Shown here one piece after another: positions 58,155 through 64,000 of a stretch of DNA of 64,000 nucleotides (position 1 is its first letter; every line of letters begins with the position of its first letter). Both the position numbers and the translations under genes were made by a program. The DNA is from an uncultured Acidobacteriota bacterium (GTDB lineage Bacteria > Acidobacteriota > Vicinamibacteria > Vicinamibacterales > CAVVIG01). A model generated the notes under the pieces. It worked only from the letters and a program-made list of their open reading frames with translations. It had not been told where the DNA came from and did no database searches. The DNA is taken from positions 128,072 through 192,071 of the forward strand of contig CAWACZ010000010.1 in the NCBI GenBank assembly GCA_963780685.1, in the 5' to 3' direction.

Positions 58155-59976
58155 ATGGACCTGTTTCGACCACGCAACTGGAGCGGCTGGCACAAACGGG
58201 TGCGTGCCCTCCGCCACATCCCGGCGCTTCTGAAGCTCGCCTGGGACTCGGGGCCTCACGTCATTTCGATGGTCGTCGCCGGCCGCGTCATCGGCGCCAT
58301 GGTCCCGCTCGCAATGCTGGCGGTCTCGAAGCAGATCTTCGACGCCGTTCAGGCGCGCTTCGCCGGTGAGGCGCTGCGCCCCGACTTCTGGTGGCTGGTT
58401 GGTCTCGAGTGCGGCCTTGCCGTGGGCGGCAGTGTGCTCGGACGCGCCACCGGCTTCTTCGACGGGTTGTTTGCCGATCGCTTCGCGCGGCACGTCAGCA
58501 TCCGCGTGATGACGCACGCAGCCCATCTGGATCTCGCGACCTATGAGAACCCCGCCTTCTACGACACGCTCGAGCGCGCCCGCGTCCAGGCCACCGATCG
58601 CGTCGCGATGGTGCAGGCGATCGGGACCATGCTGCAACAGAGCCTTGTCGCCGTCACGCTGTCGTTGGCGATCATCTCCTTCTCTCCGTGGTTGCTCGTG
58701 CTGCTGGTCATCGCCGTAATCCCCGTGTTGATCGGCGAGAGCCACTTCGCTTTTCTCGGCTACTCGCTCAACATCCGCCAGACGCCCGTTCGCCGGCAGC
58801 TCGATTACCTCAGGATGCTCGGTGCCAGCAAGGAGGCGGCAAAAGAGCTGAAGCTATTCGGCCTTGCGCCGTTCGTTACCACCCAGTATGCGCAGTTATC
58901 GGATCGGCTCTATGACCAGAACGTCCAGCTGGCGCGCCGGCGGCTGCTGACTGGCGCGCTGCTGTCGCTCGTCAGCACCAGCGGCTACTACGGCGCCTAC
59001 GCGTACGTGATCTACCGCACCATCTCGGGCGACTTGAGCTGGGGCTCGCTGCAGTTCATGGCGGGCGCCATCGCGGGCGCCAGCAACACCATTCAGGCGG
59101 CCTTTGTCACCGGCGCCCACATTGCCGACCAGTCGCTGTTCCTGACCGACCTTCTCGAATTCTTTGCCGTGCGGCCTACGCTCGTCTCGAAGCCCGGCGC
59201 CGCTGCCCGCCCCTCGTCCGATTCGCGACGGTCTGCTGTTCGAGGACGTGTCGTTCGCCTATCCCGGCAACTCGCGCCGGGTCCTCGACGGACTGAATCT
59301 GCGGATTTCGATTGGCGAGCGCGTGGCGCTCGTCGGCGACAACGGTCAGGGCAAAACGACGATCGTGAAGCTGCTCGCGCGCCTTTACGATCCGACCGCC
59401 GGCCGCATCCTGCTCGACGGCGTCGATCTCCGCGATTACGACATCGACGACGTGCACAAGGAGATCGGAGTCATTTTCCAGGATTTCATGCGTTACGAGA
59501 TGACGGCACGTCAGAACATTGCAGTCGGGCGGATGGAGATCGCCGCGTGCGATGCTGACATCGAGCTGGCGGCGCGCAAGAGCCTGGCAAACGTCGTGAT
59601 CTCACGTCTGCCGCTCGGTTACGAACAGCTCCTCGGGCGCCGCTTCGAAGGCGGCGTCGATCTCTCCGGCGGCGAATGGCAGAAAATGGCGCTGGCGCGC
59701 GCGTATCTCCGCGATGCCCAGCTGCTCATCCTCGATGAACCGACGGCGGCGCTCGACGCTCGCTCCGAATACGACGTGTTCCAGCGGTTTGCCGAGCTCA
59801 CGACCGGCAAGACGACGCTCCTCATCTCACACCGGTTTTCCACCGTGCGCATGGCGGATCGAATTGTCGTCCTGGCCAACGGCCGCGTCGCCGAACAGGG
59901 CAGTCACCGTGGATTGCTCGCGAAGGGCGGACGCTACGCGGAGATGTTCGAGCTCCAGGCTTCCAGCTACCGCTGA
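58155..59976 (+). pseudogene. ABC exporter, fused permease + ATPase, frame broken once at ~59190-59225
   Basis: ORF 58155..59558 carries the 6-TM exporter domain. ORF 59164..59976 carries the NBD (Walker A GDNGQGKTT, signature LSGGEWQK, Walker B LLILDEPTAALD). The combined length of ~607 aa is typical of half-transporters. It lies directly upstream of the glucan synthase. Confidence 0.85.
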
Positions 59977-60010
59977 CAGTTGCGCGGCGAACGAGGCTTT
60001 CGTGACACCA

Positions 60011-63000
60011 ATGCAGAGTCTTTCGGGGGCCAACGTTCAGGAACAACGTCTCGGATCGATCGGCCGCGAGGACGGCGATGCGTCGGCGCTCCATGCTGAC
60101 GCAACGCTGGATCAGGTCCGGCAGGCGGGGCGGGCTGCTGGCGCCGTGCTGGCCGATGTCCGGCGTGATCCCTCGCTCGTGGTGCACCTGCGACGCCGGA
60201 CACGCGCCCTCCGCGAGGTGATCTACTCAGGCCTTTCGAACGCTTCGCTGTCGCGGCTCCACCAGGACTGGCTCGTGGGCAACGCTCGGCTCATTGTGTC
60301 GGCCGAAAAAGAGCTCCGTCCTTTTCCGGCCAGCACGCGCGGCTTCCCGGTCGTCCAGCGAGCGCTGCCCGAGCCGGCGCTGAGAGTATGTGCCCTGGCC
60401 GAGCTCTGCCTCGATACGCTTCAAGGGCGATTCGAGCAGGAGCGCTTCGTCGCGTTCGTCCACGGCGTACAGGAGCGGTGCGAGCTCGAAATGGGAGAGG
60501 TGTGGGCCGCCAAGCCGGCGCTCCAACTCGTGATCCTGGAGCGGATCGTCCAGGCTGTAGTGGCGAACCGCGCCGAACTGCCCGCGCTCATCACAAGTCT
60601 TCGCGCGATTTGCGAGTCCCGCTGGAAGGAGACCTTCTCAGCCATCAACGTCGTCGACCCAGTTCTCGATCGCGACCCGCTCGGTGCGTACGCCGCCATG
60701 GACGACGACTCGCGCGATCACTACCGGAACGTCGTCACCGAGGTGGCCAAGCACTCGAGCCTCAGCGAACGAGAGGTCGCTGAAACAGCGGTCGAACTGG
60801 CGAGAGACGCTTGCGCGCGTGGTCCCGCCGGCCGTGCCGCCGAACGGAGGGCACACGTCGGCTTCTATTTGATCGATGGGGGCCTGAAGCGGCTCAAGGC
60901 GCGCGTCGCTTATCGTCCCCCGCTTAGGCAGCGAATCGTGGACGTCGCGTGCGCGCGGCCCACGCTCTTTTACGTAGGCGGCGCGATGATGACGACGATC
61001 GCACTCGTGCTCGTCGTGCTCGCCGCGCTCGGTCCGGCCGCTGCGCTGGGCGCCATCGTGCTGCTGGTCGTCGCGCCCGCCACGCAGGCGGCGGTGGACG
61101 TGATGAACAACCTCGTGGCGTGGCTCATGAAGCCGCGGCGACTGCCGAAGCTCGATTTCTCCGATGGGATTCCCGACGGCTGCGCGACCTTGGTTGCCGT
61201 TCCGGCGATCCTGCTGAACGAGCAGCACGTGCGCGAGCTCGTGATGGACCAGGAGATTCGCTATCTCGCCAACCGGGATGCAAATCTGTCGTTCGCGCTC
61301 GTCACCAACTCCCCCGATTCGGTTCAGCCTGCGGAGGAACGCCACGAGGTGCTGAGCCTGTGCGAGCGGTTGATCCGGGAGCTCAACGAGCGATACGGTA
61401 CGCACAACCGCACGCCGTTTTATCTCTTCCATCGCTTCCGCGCCTTCAATCCTTCCGAGGGACGCTGGATGGGCTGGGAACGCAAGCGCGGCAAGCTGTT
61501 CGACCTCAATCAGCTACTGGGCGGTGTGCGCGACCGTTTTCCCGTGAAGATCGGCGATCTGCGCTGGCTGCCGAAAGTCCGTTATGTGATCACGCTCGAT
61601 TCGGATACCGAATTGCCGCGCGATGCGGCACTGCGTTTGGTGGGGGCGCTTGCGCATCCGCTCAACCGCGCCGTGGTGGACCCGCAGACCCAGACCGTCG
61701 TCGAGGGATACGGGATTTTGCAGCCGCGAATCAGCGTCAGCACGCAGTCGGCGACGCGGAGCTGGCTCGCCAGTCTCTACTCCGGGGACGTCGGTTTCGA
61801 CGTCTACACACGGGCGATCTCGGACGTGTATCAGGATCTGTTCGGCGAGGGCAACTTCACGGGCAAAGGCATCTACGAGGTCGACACGTTCCGCGAATCG
61901 CTCGAGCGGCGGTTTCCGACGAACACGCTGCTGAGCCATGACCTCATCGAGGGCGTGTTTGCACGGGCGGGTCTCGTCTCGGACATCGAGCTGATAGAAG
62001 ACTACCCCACACACTTCAGCGCGTACTGTCGCCGAAAGCATCGATGGATGCGCGGCGACTGGCAGCTGCTCCGGTGGCTACTGAATAGCGTGCCCGATTA
62101 CCGGCAGCGGCTGTGTAGCCAATCCGCTGATGCCGATTTCGCGGTGGAAGATACTCGACAATCTTCGGCGCAGCCTTTTCGAGCCGGCAGTCCTCGCGCT
62201 GCTGCTCACGGTCTGGTTCGCGCTTCCGGGATTCGCGGTGGAGTGGACCGCGTCCGTCCTCGCGCTGCTGTTCGTTCCGGCCTATACGCGCCTGCTCATC
62301 GCGATGACCCGCGCGCCCTGGTGGTCCGCTGCCTTGCGGCCGTGGGCGGCCGCGACTCTTGTCTCCTTCCTCCGCACGCATCTGGTCATCGGACTGCACG
62401 TCGTCTACGTGCTGCGCGACGCCTTGCTGGCCCTCGATGCCATCGCTCGGTCGCTGGCGCGCATGTTCGTCACGCACCGCCGCCTGCTGGAGTGGGAGAC
62501 GGCGGCAGAGGCGGCACTGCGGACACGCCGCGGCGCAACGGATGTCTATCTAGCGCAATCGCCGTATATCGCGGGCGCCATTGGGATCCTGCTGTGGTGG
62601 ACGCGCCCCGAGGCGCTCCCGGCGGCGGGCCCGATGCTTGCGCTCTGGCTGTCATCGGGCGCAGTGACGCGATGGCTGAATCACGCCCGGAAATCGCGAA
62701 CCGCTGACCTCTCGCCACGGGACGTCCTCTTCGTGCGTGAGCACGCGCTGCGCACATGGCGCTTCTTCAGGACCTTCAGCACGCCAGAGCTCAATTGGCT
62801 GATCCCCGATTTCGTCCGGAGTGGCAACGGGAAGGCGAACCGGGTGACCCCGACGAATCTGGGGTTCCTGTTGAATGCGAGGATTGCCGCGGTCCACTTC
62901 GGCTATCTCACGCTTACGGAGTTCATCGTCGAAACGCGGCAGACGCTCGAGACGATGCTGCGGATGCCTCGCTGCCGCGGTCACTGGCTGAACTGGTACG

Positions 63001-64000
63001 ACGCCGAGAATCTGGCGATGCTGGAACCGCGATTCATCTCCACCGTGGACAGCGGAAATCTGGCCGCCGCGCTGTGGGCGCTCAGAGAATCGGCGCTGGC
63101 GTGGGCCGACCACCCGCCAGTCCTCGGATGTGCTCTGGGATGGCATCAAAGACGTGGCGAGAATGATCGGGACAACCGATGCGCCGGGCGCGCAGGCCCT
63201 CAGCGATCGCGTGTTGAAGGCCTCCATGCAGTGGCCGCAGGCGCTGCCCGAGCTCGAAGCACTCGTGCTTCATTTTGCGTCCACGGCGGAGGGTGACGGG
63301 GCATGGTGGGCCGACGAGCTCCTCGCGCGGCTCCGCCATGCACGTGCGTGGGGCGAGCAGAGGATGTCGAGCGTTCTACGCGCGCGGCTGATGGAGATTG
63401 CCGCCACCGCGGAGTCGCTTGTTGCGGAAATGGACTTCGCGTTCCTGTACAACCCCCGCCGCAAAGTGTTGTCGGTCGGCTTCGACGTGACCATGGGACA
63501 GCACGACCGGTCGACCTATGACCTGCTGGCCTCCGAAGCTCGCATTGCCAGTTTTGTCGCTATCGCCAAGGGCGACATCCCGCAGGAGAGCTGGCTGCAT
63601 CTGGGTCGCGCGCACGTGATTGCACATGGCGCCCGCGTGCTTCTGTCGTGGACCGGCACCTTGTTCGAGTACCTGATGCCGGCGCTCTGGTTCCGTGAGC
63701 GCCCCGGCACCATCATGCATCAGAGCATGCGCGCCGCAGTGGCGGCGCAGCGCCGGTTCGCGCGCCGTCAGGACATGCCGTGGGGCTTCTCGGAATCCGC
63801 GCACATCGTCCCCGGGGCCGCGGACTTTGGCTATGCGGCGTGTGGACTACCCGCACTGGCTCTCAAGCCGCCTGGCGACGGATACTGTCGTGGTGTCGCC
63901 GTACTCGTCGTATCTCACATTGTTGGTCGACAGGCGGGCGGCGCTCGAGAATCTCCGCCGCCTGGAGCGCGCCGGCTGCGTGGGCGCGTACGGATTCTTC
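60011..64000 (+). pseudogene. ndvB: cyclic beta-1,2-glucan synthase (Cgs/NdvB/ChvB family: GT84 + glucoamylase-like + GH94-like), 5' part, at least three frameshifts, runs off the right edge
   Basis: GT84 core motifs are present (YVITLDSDTELPRDAA, GYGILQPRIS, LSHDLIEG, YCRRKHRWMRGDWQLLRWL). The sequence continues in another frame after ~62102 (NPLMPISRWKILDNLRRSL ... TVDSGNLAAALWAL). It changes frame again after ~63100-63127 (DVLWDGIKD...NPRRKVLSVGFD...DLLASEARIASF...SWTGTLFEYLMPALW) and again after ~63869 (LATDTVVVSPYSSYL...AGCVGAYGFF). The last two pieces are not in the ORF track because there is no stop before the window end. Confidence 0.88.

Overview
High-GC bacterial chromosomal segment, roughly two-thirds G+C by eye. 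The gene content suggests an Acidobacteriota-like origin, which is an inference only: CarboxypepD_reg-type TonB-dependent receptor, ECF-sigma/Ser-Thr-kinase pair, GxxExxY nuclease gene, concatenated Lpt protein. The left ~44 kb is core housekeeping: miaB (partial), recN, a complete tolQ-tolR-tolA-tolB-pal-cpoB cluster, ssb, a conserved block lptC/A-lptB-rpoN-hpf-hprK-rapZ-EIIA(Man)-ptsH-ptsI (a permease-less regulatory PTS), recJ, accA, dnaE, guaA, an NtrY-like sensor kinase, pssA-psd, rimI-tsaB and mutS. The right ~20 kb is more accessory: an orphan peptide-type SBP followed by a 1013-aa zincin/beta-propeller/Omp85 protein; an ECF sigma plus Ser/Thr kinase; and a beta-1,2-glucan locus. That locus holds a TonB-dependent receptor, a sugar MFS transporter, a GH3 beta-glucosidase, a GH144-like endo-beta-1,2-glucanase, an ABC exporter and a cyclic beta-1,2-glucan synthase that runs off the right edge. 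I found no rRNA, tRNA, CRISPR array, intact mobile element or recognisable defence or toxin system, and I cannot point to a clearly novel multi-gene system. Observations worth a second look: (1) at least 12 single-base frameshifts split otherwise full-length conserved genes, including rpoN; these are either assembly indels or real decay. (2) Two AT-rich intergenic arrays are built from short motifs in direct and inverted orientation: a 24-bp perfect palindrome of 8-mers upstream of dnaE, and a 9-12-nt motif array upstream of the PTS genes. (3) A GxxExxY nuclease gene is bracketed by an inverted repeat. (4) A 703-aa LptC-LptA concatenate. (5) A three-domain outer-membrane protein. (6) Beta-1,2-glucan synthesis and degradation genes sit side by side, with an IS110 remnant inside the locus.
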